DNA of 32,000 bases from Raphidiopsis brookii D9 (GTDB lineage Bacteria > Cyanobacteriota > Cyanobacteriia > Cyanobacteriales > Nostocaceae): positions 1 through 32,000 of the forward strand of contig ACYB01000004.1 in assembly GCA_000175855.1 (NCBI GenBank), in the 5' to 3' direction. Of this stretch, positions 9,564 through 19,851 are shown in pieces (positions within the stretch are counted from its first letter, which is position 1; each line of letters begins with the position of its first letter). The position numbers and the translations under genes were made by a program. The notes beneath the pieces are model-generated. The model was not told where the DNA came from, did no database searches, and was given only the letters and a program-made list of their open reading frames with translations.

Positions 9564-11224
9564 TTTTTACCTGTAGTATTACCCATAGTATTAATACTAG
9601 AAGAAGGCGCAATTAGACGAAATGGGAAAAGAGGTGTAGAGGCGAATTGGGAATATTCGGGAGTGAGAAAAACATTATACTTATTAGCATCTGGTGTTAG
9701 TTGTGCGGCCATGGCTAAAGAAATCGCCTTCACATAATTGCGCACATCCGCTGATTTTGCTCCCACCACTTCTCGACTGGTAATGGGAGTGTTATTTGTG
9801 TTTAGAAAAGCATTAACTACTAGGGGATCCACTACACTGAAATGGCTAGCACCCACCGCAGCAGCTAACCACTTGGGAGATGGAATACGGTTAAAACCGT
9901 TAATTTGTTCGGTCAAACTTGGGGTGACATGGTCAGCGGATGCGGTAAATACTAGGGTAGGAACTTTTATCTTTGTCAAACCAGTTTCACCAAATAAGAG
10001 GGACGAAGCTGGTTTTAGAGCTACTATTTGTTTGACTCTTTGATCTTGTAGTTGATAGTTATTTTGTGGCAATTGTCTGGCCAGGCACATAAAACTTTGA
10101 ACATCACTCAATTTACCAGCATTTTTTTCGCAACTGCTTTTTAGACTAGCAATTTGTAGTTCACCACCAGCTAATGCTAATGCTGTAGTCCCACCCAGGG
10201 AATAACCAACAAACATGACTTTATTAGTGGTTAGTTTTCCCTGTAAGGAATTATTGGGATTTTGGTTAACCTTCGCCAATTCATCCAGAACAAAACTTAC
10301 ATCCTGGGGAAGAGCTAAAAATTCTTGATAGTTCAAACCTACTTTGCCTTTATTAGTAAAAAAATTACTACCAGGATTTTGTAAAGCTGCAACCACGTAA
10401 CCATAAGAAGCCAGATGTTGAGCTAAATATTGTAGGTCTGTACCTGCTGAACTAGAGCTATGAGAAAAGACAATTAAGGGTTTTTCAATATTGTTTTCAC
10501 CATTAGTAGGATTTGACCAATAAATATCCACGATAATATTACGTTTACGTTTATCATCACTCAAGTTTAACCTAGATATTTCTACTTTCTGCGTTCCGGT
10601 TTGGGTGGGATCAAATGGAATATTTATGGATGGTTTTTGCCTATCAATTTGGGGACTGTTCATCAGTAGAAATTGCTGAGTCTGGAAAAAATCCATATTT
10701 AAAAACTTTCCTACCGTTAAAACCTGTGGTAGATTCAGTCTCAGAGTTTGACTAGGGTATGCTGCAATAAAACTGAGCATAGATAAACCTTCTGGTGAAC
10801 TAGCAGCCAATATTAAACCGGATCTAACTGCTTGTACACCTGATTGATATTGACGACGATCAAAGACCGTTGCTATGTCGTTGATTACTGTTTGACCTAA
10901 TTGAGTATTCAGTAACCAATTTAAAGTCACTACATTTATGGGTATTCTAGTTTTTAATCCTTGTACCAACCAGTTACGTTGTTCTTGGCTTAGTGCGCTA
11001 GTATAAATCTGTAGACTACCTGGCAATTGCCCAGTTTCCGTGGCTTTTTTCAGCTCTGCAACAGAAGTCGACTCTTCTAGGAATCCATAACGTATAGTTA
11101 CCCTATCTGCTGCATAGACAGTGGTACACATTGTCAAATATTGTGTCCAGGCGATCGCACTTAATAGTCCTGTAAATATGGTAGCTTTTTTGTGGTTTTT
11201 TCTGGTTAGGGGATTCTTTATCAT
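9560..11224 (-). CDS. Secreted alpha/beta hydrolase with N-terminal DUF1400-like region
   Basis: 554 aa with signal peptide-like N-terminus, nucleophile elbow GYSLGG, and C-terminal Asp/His candidates (TADHVTP, GASHFSVVDP). Confidence 0.8.
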   Translation of the reverse strand: MIKNPLTRKNHKKATIFTGLLSAIAWTQYLTMCTTVYAADRVTIRYGFLEESTSVAELKKATETGQLPGSLQIYTSALSQEQRNWLVQGLKTRIPINVVTLNWLLNTQLGQTVINDIATVFDRRQYQSGVQAVRSGLILAASSPEGLSMLSFIAAYPSQTLRLNLPQVLTVGKFLNMDFFQTQQFLLMNSPQIDRQKPSINIPFDPTQTGTQKVEISRLNLSDDKRKRNIIVDIYWSNPTNGENNIEKPLIVFSHSSSSAGTDLQYLAQHLASYGYVVAALQNPGSNFFTNKGKVGLNYQEFLALPQDVSFVLDELAKVNQNPNNSLQGKLTTNKVMFVGYSLGGTTALALAGGELQIASLKSSCEKNAGKLSDVQSFMCLARQLPQNNYQLQDQRVKQIVALKPASSLLFGETGLTKIKVPTLVFTASADHVTPSLTEQINGFNRIPSPKWLAAAVGASHFSVVDPLVVNAFLNTNNTPITSREVVGAKSADVRNYVKAISLAMAAQLTPDANKYNVFLTPEYSQFASTPLFPFRLIAPSSSINTMGNTTGKN

Positions 11225-11355
11225 GGTTTTTAGTTATGGTTAGATTAATCTCTTTACTTAAAGTGATTGTAACCTCCTTTGGTGAGAACGACCAGATTAA
11301 ATGGGTTTACAAAAACTTCATGTTTGTCACTTGTTCATAAAACAATTGCATCAAT

Positions 11356-11796
11356 ATGCGCCGTTTGATTATCTATGGTCTAATTTTTACACTTTCTTGC
11401 TTGGTAATTATCTGGTGGCCAGTCAATGATTCTAATTGCAGTCCCATAACCCTGGCAAAATTAAAAAAGTCTAATTTTCAGGTCACAGCTACTAAAGTTA
11501 GTGTGCAACCTTGGTTGGGTCAACATCATATATATGGAATATTTCAAGTCCCTGATCCATACAAGGAAAGTCAGTTTTTTATGTTATCTATTCCCGGAGG
11601 TCGTCAGTACTGTGCCCGTCCTTTTGGATACAGCGAAAATTACGATGATGTATTCGCCGAACCAGGAAATATTTTAATCAGATACTATGTACCTACTCGT
11701 ATGGGCATAAAAATGATTTTTCAAGGGCTATTTTTTCAACTAAACAATCCTCAAAACTGGAGCTTGACCTTTCCTAAAACAATCTCTAAGGAATAG
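11356..11796 (+). CDS. Hypothetical secreted or membrane-anchored protein
   Basis: 146-aa ORF with a hydrophobic N-terminal helix (RRLIIYGLIFTLSCLVIIWW). Confidence 0.65.
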   Translation: MRRLIIYGLIFTLSCLVIIWWPVNDSNCSPITLAKLKKSNFQVTATKVSVQPWLGQHHIYGIFQVPDPYKESQFFMLSIPGGRQYCARPFGYSENYDDVFAEPGNILIRYYVPTRMGIKMIFQGLFFQLNNPQNWSLTFPKTISKE

Positions 11797-11912
11797 TCAT
11801 AAAGATTAGCAGACGATGGCAAGTTTGACAGGTTGTCTTTTGACAAAATCACCAATCTGATCCCAACATACTGGTTATGTCCTAACTACTCAGGGATTGA
11901 GGACTTTAATTT

Positions 11913-13139
11913 ATGTTGGACCTAGTGCTAATTACTATCCTGGGTTTTCTGGGAAGCTTTGGTCACTGCATTGGCATGTGTGGACCTTTAGCAGTAGCTT
12001 TTTCTTTTTCTTACCCGGAGAAAACTCAATCCTGGCAACGACAACTACAATTTCATATTCTCTTAAATTTAGGTAGAACATTTAGCTACGCTTTAGTTGG
12101 CACTGCTATAGGCACACTTGGTTCTGTATTGGTACAAGGTGGACAATTAGGTGGAGTTGGTAGTGAGTTACGCAGATGGATAGCAATAATTACTGGAGTG
12201 ATGTTAATCTGGCTAGGATTAGCACAGGTTAAACCACATTTAATACCTAAAATTCCCATATTTCACCCTTTATTACAAAATAGTTTACATAATCGATTAA
12301 GTGCTGTAATGGTAAATTTATCATTACATACAAAATGGTGGACACCAGCACTTTTAGGTATGACCTGGGGACTAATGCCCTGTGGTTTTTTATATGCTGC
12401 TCAAATTAAAGCAGCAGCTACAGGAAATGGATGGCATGGGGCGATAACTATGTTGGCATTTGGTCTGGGCACCCTACCAACCATGTTAGGAGTAAGTGTT
12501 TCCACTTCCTTGATGACTAAAGACCAGCGTGGTCAACTATTTCGTCTAGGAGGGTGGGTAAGTATGATTATTGGTATAATTACCATATCCCGCACAGGGG
12601 AAACCATGGTTGACTATAGTGGTTATGCCGCCTTAATCTGCTTAATTTTGGCTTTAATTGCTCGTCCCATGCACGTTTGGTTACCAGCTCTTATGGGTTA
12701 TCGTCGAGGACTGGGTGTGGGAGCATTTCTGCTATCATTAGTACACACAATTCACAAATTAGAACACTTCTTAGCATGGAATTTATCAGCTACTTGGTTT
12801 TTACCAGTGGAATTTCAGTGGGGAATGGGTGCAGGTGTTTTGGCTTTAGTTTTTATGACCCCTGCTGCTTTTACAAGTTTTGACTTTATCCAAAAGTCTC
12901 TAGGTCCAAACTGGCGTCGAATCCATCTTTTGACGATTCCAGCTTTAATATTGACTACTATTCATGCAGTTTTGATTGGTTCCACCTATTTAGGAGCTTT
13001 AAAGTTAACTATCTTTAATCAAATAGCAACCTTATTATTAATATTCATTATTCTCGCGGTTTTAATGATGCGATCGCCTTTATTTTGGTCAATTTTGAAC
13101 TTAAAAAAATTCTATACTCCTTTAAAGCAAAAGAACTAG
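11913..13139 (+). CDS. SafE/TauE-like (sulfite exporter/cytochrome-biogenesis-like) membrane protein with extra C-terminal helices
   Basis: 408 aa. N-terminus GFLGSFGHCIGMCGPLAVAF and WGLMPCGFLYAA are typical of the SafE (urease accessory UreH-like) group. Confidence 0.8.
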   Translation: MLDLVLITILGFLGSFGHCIGMCGPLAVAFSFSYPEKTQSWQRQLQFHILLNLGRTFSYALVGTAIGTLGSVLVQGGQLGGVGSELRRWIAIITGVMLIWLGLAQVKPHLIPKIPIFHPLLQNSLHNRLSAVMVNLSLHTKWWTPALLGMTWGLMPCGFLYAAQIKAAATGNGWHGAITMLAFGLGTLPTMLGVSVSTSLMTKDQRGQLFRLGGWVSMIIGIITISRTGETMVDYSGYAALICLILALIARPMHVWLPALMGYRRGLGVGAFLLSLVHTIHKLEHFLAWNLSATWFLPVEFQWGMGAGVLALVFMTPAAFTSFDFIQKSLGPNWRRIHLLTIPALILTTIHAVLIGSTYLGALKLTIFNQIATLLLIFIILAVLMMRSPLFWSILNLKKFYTPLKQKN

Positions 13140-13155
13140 TTGATATTTTACAGAT

Positions 13156-13791
13156 ATGATAATTAAAGCAACTTTATACAGAAATAAAATAATATTCTCC
13201 TTGCTATTTGTACTAGTAACAGCAACATTTACCAATACAGTTAAGGCTCACACAGTAAAAGTATCAAACGATATAGGAGCTACTATTCACATTGAACCAA
13301 ATGATCGGGCTCGTGCTGGTGAAGTTGCACTAACATGGTTTGCTTTAACCGAAAAAGGTGGTAAAATCGTGCCCCTAAGAGATTGTAACTGTCGCTTAAC
13401 CATTTATGCTCAACCACATACACCCGGGGAACCCGCTCTACTTGAACCACCCTTAAAACCTATGAATGTGGAAAGATATGAGGGTATACCAGGAGCGGAA
13501 ATTACATTTCCTAAACCAGGAGTTTATGAACTGCAACTAACGGGAAAACCAAGGACAGGAGAGAATTGGCAACCTTTTGAGTTAAAATTCGAGGTGATAG
13601 TAGCTACGGGTAAGCCAATAGTAGCAGAGGAACTGAAAAAAAAAGACCAAAAAAGCGGTAATTCGTCAAAAGGTTTAGACCTAGTTAAACCATTGCTTAT
13701 AGGGGTAATTATAATTTCATCAATAGGGATTATAGTATTTTTATCAAACCTAGTAAAAGGTAAATTGAAACGCGATCGCGATCAAGACTAA
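13156..13791 (+). CDS. Signal-peptide-bearing extracytoplasmic protein with C-terminal transmembrane helix; possible CopC/YtkA-like fold
   Basis: 211 aa. N-terminal signal, ectodomain starting HTVKVSNDIGATIHIEPNDRARAGE with a DCNC motif, then a TM helix near the C-terminus. 16 bp downstream of the SafE-like gene. Confidence 0.6.
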   Translation: MIIKATLYRNKIIFSLLFVLVTATFTNTVKAHTVKVSNDIGATIHIEPNDRARAGEVALTWFALTEKGGKIVPLRDCNCRLTIYAQPHTPGEPALLEPPLKPMNVERYEGIPGAEITFPKPGVYELQLTGKPRTGENWQPFELKFEVIVATGKPIVAEELKKKDQKSGNSSKGLDLVKPLLIGVIIISSIGIIVFLSNLVKGKLKRDRDQD

Positions 13792-13843
13792 TCTCTTATG
13801 CAGCTACTAAGTGATTTTGTACTTTTAGTCTAAAGTCCGGAGA

Positions 13844-14824
13844 TTACTGTAACTGTAATACTGTTAGGTATAAATTCTTTCTGGTTTCTGTTTTTAAAAA
13901 TTCTATTTGTAAAGGTTGCCATTGCTGCCATAATTGATAGCGATTGGTAGCTAGGAAGGTAATCATTTCAGTTAAACTGGATTCACGTTCTGATTTAAAA
14001 ATATTTACCAACCACTTGTTTAAAACTATGCTATCTTGCAGATTACCTAAAATTTCTTGAACTTGTTTAATTTGCACAAGCTCCTGTGTGAAGGATTGTT
14101 GGTATAAGTCGTCAAATAGATCTATTTGGTAGCGCACTCTTTTAGCATTTTTTCGCAGGTCATGGAGAATTTCTCCCTGGATTTGTAGGTTTTTTTCTAG
14201 CTCCTCAGGAGTCCATTTTACTGATGTAATCACTCCTGGATCTAGGGTTTCTGTGCCAATCATCCACCCTGGATGCAGGAGAAATCTGCTGATTTGCGGT
14301 AGAAGGAGTTCTGGTACTGCTTGCTGAATCTGCAATTGTGCTAGGGGACTGTAAATGGGTTTTTTTAGCCACCCCAGTAAGTCTCGTTTAAAGGATTTAT
14401 ATAGTTCAGATTTGAAGATTTTTTCCACCAATAAATAGACTAATTCTCGCTCTTGAGATATGGCAGAAAAAGCCCTTTTCAAAGAAGTTCGTTCAGGAGA
14501 CGATAGGTGTGGTTGATAGTCCCGCTCTAGAATTTCTTTTAACACATCTAAATCCCTGAGCTTCCCTAAAGTTCTAGCAATTTTACCAATACTTTGATCA
14601 TTCACGGATGAAGGTAATGCTAAAAACAAACTAAAACTGGTAACAGCAGTACGTAAACGTCGCATCCCCACTCTCATTTGATGTAACGCATTTGGATCGC
14701 TATCTTTCTTAACTAATTTCTCACATTTGAGGGTTTTATCAGCGATCTTGGTCAATGCTTGATGTCCAAAACTTCCTAAGCTTGTCGCTGGTAATGTTGT
14801 TAAATCTGTTGTCTTTAGTTTCAT
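13844..14824 (-). CDS. CHAD domain-containing protein
   Basis: 326 aa. CHAD features: HQMRVGMRRLRTAVTSF and LRKNAKRVRYQIDLF. Confidence 0.88.
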   Translation of the reverse strand: MKLKTTDLTTLPATSLGSFGHQALTKIADKTLKCEKLVKKDSDPNALHQMRVGMRRLRTAVTSFSLFLALPSSVNDQSIGKIARTLGKLRDLDVLKEILERDYQPHLSSPERTSLKRAFSAISQERELVYLLVEKIFKSELYKSFKRDLLGWLKKPIYSPLAQLQIQQAVPELLLPQISRFLLHPGWMIGTETLDPGVITSVKWTPEELEKNLQIQGEILHDLRKNAKRVRYQIDLFDDLYQQSFTQELVQIKQVQEILGNLQDSIVLNKWLVNIFKSERESSLTEMITFLATNRYQLWQQWQPLQIEFLKTETRKNLYLTVLQLQ

Positions 14825-15237
14825 AAATTAGTCGAAATAGCTTGTAATGGACAAGAAGAAATACACTGCTCACAGACAATACACCGCGATCGCGTGAATG
14901 TTAATTTGTATGTTTCTCGGTTCAAAGATAATGCTTCCGTAGGACAAACCCCTGTACACAATCCACAATCAACACATAGTTGATCATCAATAAATATTTC
15001 ACCCAAATTATGAGAAACAGCAATATGTTGCGATCGCATCCAGTCAATAGCTGCATCTAACTGGTCGATATCACCCGATAATTCTACCACCAGTTTACCA
15101 ATTTGATTAGGAGCAACCTGAGCGCGGATAATGTTAGCAGCTACGTTAAAATCCCTCGCCAGTCGGTAAGTAACAGGGATCTGAATCGCACGTTTAGGAA
15201 AAGTCAGGGTCACTCGTTTCTTCATAGAAAAAACCAC
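14821..15237 (-). CDS. NIL domain plus 4Fe-4S ferredoxin domain protein
   Basis: 138 aa with two clusters, CVDCGLCTGVCP and CIVCEQCISSCP. Overlaps the CHAD gene by 4 nt. Confidence 0.88.
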   Translation of the reverse strand: MVFSMKKRVTLTFPKRAIQIPVTYRLARDFNVAANIIRAQVAPNQIGKLVVELSGDIDQLDAAIDWMRSQHIAVSHNLGEIFIDDQLCVDCGLCTGVCPTEALSLNRETYKLTFTRSRCIVCEQCISSCPLQAISTNL

Positions 15238-15306
15238 ATTTGGCTAAATTTGATAGACTAGATCTGGAAAATGCCTAATTGCTTAATAATTATTAATAAA
15301 TAAACC

Positions 15307-15891
15307 ATGATTCCAGATGCACCCCTTGATCCCAACACCCCCACCCAGTCAACCCTGGGAAATCGGGTCAGAAACTTCCTCATAGTAATTGTAGCGATCG
15401 CCCTCACTGGACTCCTATTTTTAGGAATGAGAAACCAAACCAGTACGGTTTCCCTTCAGGAACTAGACCAAGCATCTACCCCCCTAGAAATAGCTATAAC
15501 CAATAATCGACCCAGTCTAGTAGAATTTTACGCCGACTGGTGTACAGTTTGCCAAAAGATGGCACCGGACATAGCAAAATTGAAAGGTAAATATGGTGAC
15601 AAGATGAATTTTGTCATGTTGAATGTGGATAACAGCAAATGGTTACCAGAAATGCTTAAATATCGAGTGGATGGCATACCCCACTTCGTCTTCTTAGGTC
15701 ACCAGGGGGAAACTATAGCTGAAGCAATTGGTGATACACCTCGTAGCATTATGGATAGTAACTTGGACGCATTAATCACAGGTTCTCCCCTTCCCTATGT
15801 TCAAATGAATGGCAGAGCTTCTCAGTTTTCTGCTCCAGCTTCAACTAGTCAAGATGATCCTCGTAGTCATGGTGGACAAGTAGTTAATTAG
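15307..15891 (+). CDS. txlA: Membrane-anchored thioredoxin-like protein TxlA/HCF164 type
   Basis: 194 aa with an N-terminal TM segment, EFYADWCTVCQKMAP active site, and GIPHFVFLGHQG. Confidence 0.85.
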   Translation: MIPDAPLDPNTPTQSTLGNRVRNFLIVIVAIALTGLLFLGMRNQTSTVSLQELDQASTPLEIAITNNRPSLVEFYADWCTVCQKMAPDIAKLKGKYGDKMNFVMLNVDNSKWLPEMLKYRVDGIPHFVFLGHQGETIAEAIGDTPRSIMDSNLDALITGSPLPYVQMNGRASQFSAPASTSQDDPRSHGGQVVN

Positions 15892-15961
15892 TTCAGGTAT
15901 TGTTGAAAAAATCAGGGGAAATGGGTAAATAACAGTTAAAACAGGTCTAAAAAATAGAATT

Positions 15962-17044
15962 ATGATTGGTGTAGCAATAGTTGGCAGCGGATTTGGACAA
16001 AAAGTACATATCCCGGCATTTATTTCCCATCACAAAACTAAAATATTTAGTGTCTATCACAGAGATATTAAGCAAGCACAATCTCTAGCAACAGCTTATA
16101 ATATTCCCCATTATAGCGACAATTTAGAAGAAATTTTGGCATTAGCAGAAGTACAAGCGGTGAGTATATCCACACCACCGTTTTTACATTACCCCATGGG
16201 TAAACAAGTATTAGCAGCAGGTAAACACCTCTTATTAGAAAAACCGACCACCTTAAATGTAAATCAAGCTAAGGAACTATATCAACTAGCAAAGCAAAAA
16301 AACATTATTGCCACGGTAGATTTTGAATTTCGTTTTGTTCCAGCATGGCAATATTTACATCAGTTATTGAGTGAAAACTATGTGGGAAATATTAGACTAA
16401 TTAAAATTGATTGGTTAGGGTCATCTCGTGCTAGTATGGAGCGTCCTTGGAATTGGTATTCCCAAAGAGAGCAAGGTGGTGGAGCTTTAGGTTCCCTAGG
16501 TTCCCATGCTTTTGATTATATTAGCTGGTTATTTGGAGAAGTGATAAGACTTAATGCCTATTTAACCACAGCAATCAACCAAAGAAGAGATCCGGTGGAT
16601 GGAGAATTAAAAGTAGTGAACAGTGATGATAATTGTTTAATTTCATTAGAGTTGGAGAAAGGAATACCTTGTCAAGTCTGTATTAGTGCGGTGGTGCAGG
16701 CTAAGAGAACTCATGCTATTGAAGTGTATGGAGACAAAGGGACATTAATTATAGCAAGTGAAAATCAAAAAGATTATATTTATGGGTTTAGGGTTTGGGG
16801 TTGTGAAATTGGGGGAAGTTTAACCGAATTGGAGATTCCTAAACAATTATTATTTCCCCAAGACCACGTTGATGGTAGGATTAGTGCATTTTTGCGAGTT
16901 GTAGACGAATGGGTGAATGGAATAGAAAACCAAAAACAGATTATTCCGTCATTGAAACAGGGAGTTTATTCCCAACTGTTGATGGATCTGTGTCAGCAAT
17001 CATCTAATTCTAGAAGCTGGGTAGATGTGCCAAGTTGGGAATGA
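15962..17044 (+). CDS. Gfo/Idh/MocA-family oxidoreductase
   Basis: 360 aa. N-terminal Rossmann-like VGVAIVGSGFGQK, EKPTTLN motif, GGGALGSLGSHAFDYISWLFGE. Confidence 0.9.
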   Translation: MIGVAIVGSGFGQKVHIPAFISHHKTKIFSVYHRDIKQAQSLATAYNIPHYSDNLEEILALAEVQAVSISTPPFLHYPMGKQVLAAGKHLLLEKPTTLNVNQAKELYQLAKQKNIIATVDFEFRFVPAWQYLHQLLSENYVGNIRLIKIDWLGSSRASMERPWNWYSQREQGGGALGSLGSHAFDYISWLFGEVIRLNAYLTTAINQRRDPVDGELKVVNSDDNCLISLELEKGIPCQVCISAVVQAKRTHAIEVYGDKGTLIIASENQKDYIYGFRVWGCEIGGSLTELEIPKQLLFPQDHVDGRISAFLRVVDEWVNGIENQKQIIPSLKQGVYSQLLMDLCQQSSNSRSWVDVPSWE

Positions 17045-17901
17045 TTTTGATTTATAGGATACTGTTCATTTTGATTTTGACGTAGATCTCCGGATAGATA
17101 TGGATAGTTAGTGATGAATAATTCCTTACCCTTGTCTGCTTTCTCCTGTTTGTAGTTGTTCATTCCGTATTGCAACTCCCACTCATAAATATGGGCAAAA
17201 GAAAAATTCTGTCGCACTTGTTCACAATTATCGTAGGTGATCAACCATTTATGTGAGCACTCTTTCATCAGGTTGGCAAAGCGAGAATGGTCAAAACCCG
17301 TATGCAAATCTCCTTTTTTACCATAAAGCCTAGATTTAGCATTGGTGAAATAAGGTGGATCTAGAAAGATAAATACATCATCCCCTGGTTCAGTCAGTAG
17401 GATACTGTAGTCGTAATTAGTCACATGGGTATTAGTAAAACAACTATCCAGTGCTGCTAACCGCTCAATAGAAGAGTCTGTAAAGCGACTGTGGAAAGAA
17501 GCATTGCTATAACCTCCGCTTTCAATTGTCCCCGAAAAGGTAATTCGGTTAAGAACGAAAAATCGCACAGCTCGCTCCAGTGGACTCATTTTACTTGTGG
17601 GAGCTGGGGAGAGAGATTTAAACAAGGCATGTCCATCCGTTGTCTGTTTTTTTACTTTCCACACGGACTCGACTAACTGTGGTAGATTAGTTTTGACCAT
17701 GGTCCAGAAGTAATATAGTTCAGGGTTGATATCATTTATCCAACAAGGTATATGATAGTGATTTTGTAAAACATAAAAGAATATGGAACCTCCCCCAACA
17801 AAAGGTTCGCGGAACTCTTTAAATTTAGGAGGTAGGTAGTGAGTAATTTGAGAAATTGCCTTTTGTTTACCACCAGGATAACGTAATGGACTTTTAAGCA
17901 T
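16993..17901 (-). CDS. D12-class (Dam/DpnM-like) adenine-specific DNA methyltransferase
   Basis: 302 aa. Motif X/I order typical of alpha class: LRYPGGKQK, EPFVGGGSIFF, and DPPY catalytic motif (FLDPPYF). Confidence 0.9.
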   Translation of the reverse strand: MLKSPLRYPGGKQKAISQITHYLPPKFKEFREPFVGGGSIFFYVLQNHYHIPCWINDINPELYYFWTMVKTNLPQLVESVWKVKKQTTDGHALFKSLSPAPTSKMSPLERAVRFFVLNRITFSGTIESGGYSNASFHSRFTDSSIERLAALDSCFTNTHVTNYDYSILLTEPGDDVFIFLDPPYFTNAKSRLYGKKGDLHTGFDHSRFANLMKECSHKWLITYDNCEQVRQNFSFAHIYEWELQYGMNNYKQEKADKGKELFITNYPYLSGDLRQNQNEQYPINQNHSQLGTSTQLLELDDC

Positions 17902-18249
17902 AATGGATTATATTTCAAGACAAAAGGAACTTGGGCAAGTTTTTGAAAATTAATCATAAGTTAAGCCGTAAATTATTAAAGATTAGAATCAAATCCCAGG
18001 GTAAATCGTGGAGGTGATTCTATATTATTATAATATGTATGATTGTTTGAAAAATGCCATACTCTGGGCAAATTAATCATCCAATCTGATCACACAACAC
18101 AATCTTTCCAAAGTTAGATACTGGAATTATGGCAGATTGATTTTTTCTCCCTTGAGACAATAGGTATTATTTCATCAGAAAGATGGAAAATATTAAATGT
18201 TTAGCAAAACTTAGGTTAGATTCAATAAACCTAAGGAGGGCAAGTTCCA

Positions 18250-19299
18250 ATGGTGGCGGTTTTAGATGACACTAAAAAGAATTCCATGGCGGTAAAACTG
18301 GGTGATATGAAATTACTCCAACAGTTATTACTGGATAACGAGGAAAGATTTTTGCTAGAATGTACCGATGGCGAAATAGCAGGAATTATTTCCAGAATGC
18401 TAAATGATGACCGGAAAAACCTAGCCCTTCTTAATACTGTGGTTGACCAGTTTGGTATGGAAAAAAATGCCGAACCCACGGTGCTGCAAACAGTTGAAAA
18501 GGTTCGTCAACTAATGGCAAGCGAAGAACTCAGTTTTTTTGATAAAGTCTTTCAACATGAACTGTTAAAGCATCAACAGGTAATGAATGGAACAACAATT
18601 CATAAAGCCGCTCAGAAGGTCGGCGCTGATATCATGGTAGCAATTAGACCTTTAAGTGCCATTAATTCGGAAAATCGTACGCACCAAGAACAATTAAAAG
18701 GAATTTTAGAAATCCTCGGTGTCCGAGAACTAACAGGACAAGACGCAGACCAGGGTATCTGGTCTCGGGTTCAAGACGCAATTGCTGCAATTACTGGTGC
18801 GGTTACCCCCGGTCATGAAAGGGAAAAAGTTACTATCCAGGATGCTATCCGCCAAGATCACAATCAGCTGAATATATTGTTCACAGACTTAATGCAAAGC
18901 AATGACTCCCAAAAAATTCAGGAATGTTTTGTAAAAATTAACCAGCTTCTCACTGTTCATATAGCCGCTGAAGAGGAAGTGGTTTATCCACAAGTCCGTG
19001 GGTTTTATGGGGAAGAAAATACTCAACAACTATACGACCAACACGCTCTTTGGATTCCCTGGTGGGAAGAACTCAGATTGATTAGTCCTAGCACACCAGA
19101 ATTTAAAAATAGACTTAGAGAAATTTGGGACCATGTTACCAATCATATTCGCCAAGAGGAAAATACAATGCTTGTGGCCATTGACAACAATATGAGTAGT
19201 AAAGAAACTGAACAGTTGGCTGCAAGATTTGTTTCGGTTAAGAATCAACTTGAGAAAAGAAATACAGGCGCTTATTATAGCCTTAGACAAAACGCCTAA
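18250..19299 (+). CDS. Hemerythrin HHE cation-binding domain protein
   Basis: 349 aa. HHE-like spacing: IRQDHNQLNILF, VHIAAEEEVVYP, DQHALWIPWWEEL, HVTNHIRQEENTML. Confidence 0.85.
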   Translation: MVAVLDDTKKNSMAVKLGDMKLLQQLLLDNEERFLLECTDGEIAGIISRMLNDDRKNLALLNTVVDQFGMEKNAEPTVLQTVEKVRQLMASEELSFFDKVFQHELLKHQQVMNGTTIHKAAQKVGADIMVAIRPLSAINSENRTHQEQLKGILEILGVRELTGQDADQGIWSRVQDAIAAITGAVTPGHEREKVTIQDAIRQDHNQLNILFTDLMQSNDSQKIQECFVKINQLLTVHIAAEEEVVYPQVRGFYGEENTQQLYDQHALWIPWWEELRLISPSTPEFKNRLREIWDHVTNHIRQEENTMLVAIDNNMSSKETEQLAARFVSVKNQLEKRNTGAYYSLRQNA

Positions 19300-19315
19300 A
19301 AACAACTAACAAACT

Positions 19316-19344
19316 AACCGTCCATCCACAACAGATGGACGGTT
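19316..19344. terminator. Perfect 11-bp stem-loop between convergent hemerythrin-like gene and psbJ
   Basis: AACCGTCCATC-CACAACA-GATGGACGGTT, placed between two convergent stop codons. Confidence 0.7.
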
Positions 19345-19393
19345 TAATCTTGCTTATTCAGCTCATCAGACAAAAATGCGGATCAGGTTTTGA

Positions 19394-19513
19394 TTACAAT
19401 GAAGAACCAAGTCCGGCGTAGGCTCCGTAAAAGAAAATACCTACAACAGTAATTACACCTAAACCCGCGACTGTGGCAACAACCCACAGGGGAATTCTCC
19501 CGCCTCCAGACAT
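19394..19513 (-). CDS. psbJ: Photosystem II protein PsbJ (39 aa)
   Basis: My translation of the minus strand: [39 protein letters not shown]. Below the ORF-track length cutoff. Confidence 0.96.
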   Translation of the reverse strand: MSGGGRIPLWVVATVAGLGVITVVGIFFYGAYAGLGSSL

Positions 19514-19575
19514 GGTTTTTTCCTCCCTTAACAAATCAACAAAAAATCAGCAGTATGTTTCCAGCTCGTTAACAG

Positions 19576-19695
19576 TTAGTTAAAGAAGTAACTGGAAAAT
19601 AGAATCCCTAGAACGAAAATTAATAACAGTCCTAGGTATAAAGAAGTACGGTTTAGTTCAACAGGTTGTTGATTAGGATTAGGCGTTCTTTCCAT
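19576..19695 (-). CDS. psbL: Photosystem II protein PsbL (39 aa)
   Basis: My translation: [39 protein letters not shown]. Confidence 0.96.
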   Translation of the reverse strand: MERTPNPNQQPVELNRTSLYLGLLLIFVLGILFSSYFFN

Positions 19696-19704
19696 GATTT
19701 ACTC

Positions 19705-19842
19705 CTAGCGTTGAATAAACTGCATTGCTGCGATCGCACCCAAGAAGAAGACCGTTGGTACACCCAGGGTGTGAACTGCTAGCCATCTCACCGTAAAAAT
19801 TGGATAAGTAACAGGTTGATTGACGTTATTGCTGGTAGCCAT
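19705..19842 (-). CDS. psbF: Cytochrome b559 beta subunit PsbF (45 aa)
   Basis: My translation: [45 protein letters not shown]. Confidence 0.96.
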   Translation of the reverse strand: MATSNNVNQPVTYPIFTVRWLAVHTLGVPTVFFLGAIAAMQFIQR

Positions 19843-19851
19843 GTTCTTAAA

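Noticed and set aside
16993-17901. Methyltransferase considered as part of a restriction-modification or other defence island
   Set aside because: No restriction endonuclease, specificity subunit or other defence gene lies beside it; it is best treated as a solitary methyltransferase.
17736-17957. 73-aa minus ORF MINFQKLAQVPF... overlapping the methyltransferase start
   Set aside because: Shifted frame over the conserved methyltransferase N-terminus, with no domain support.
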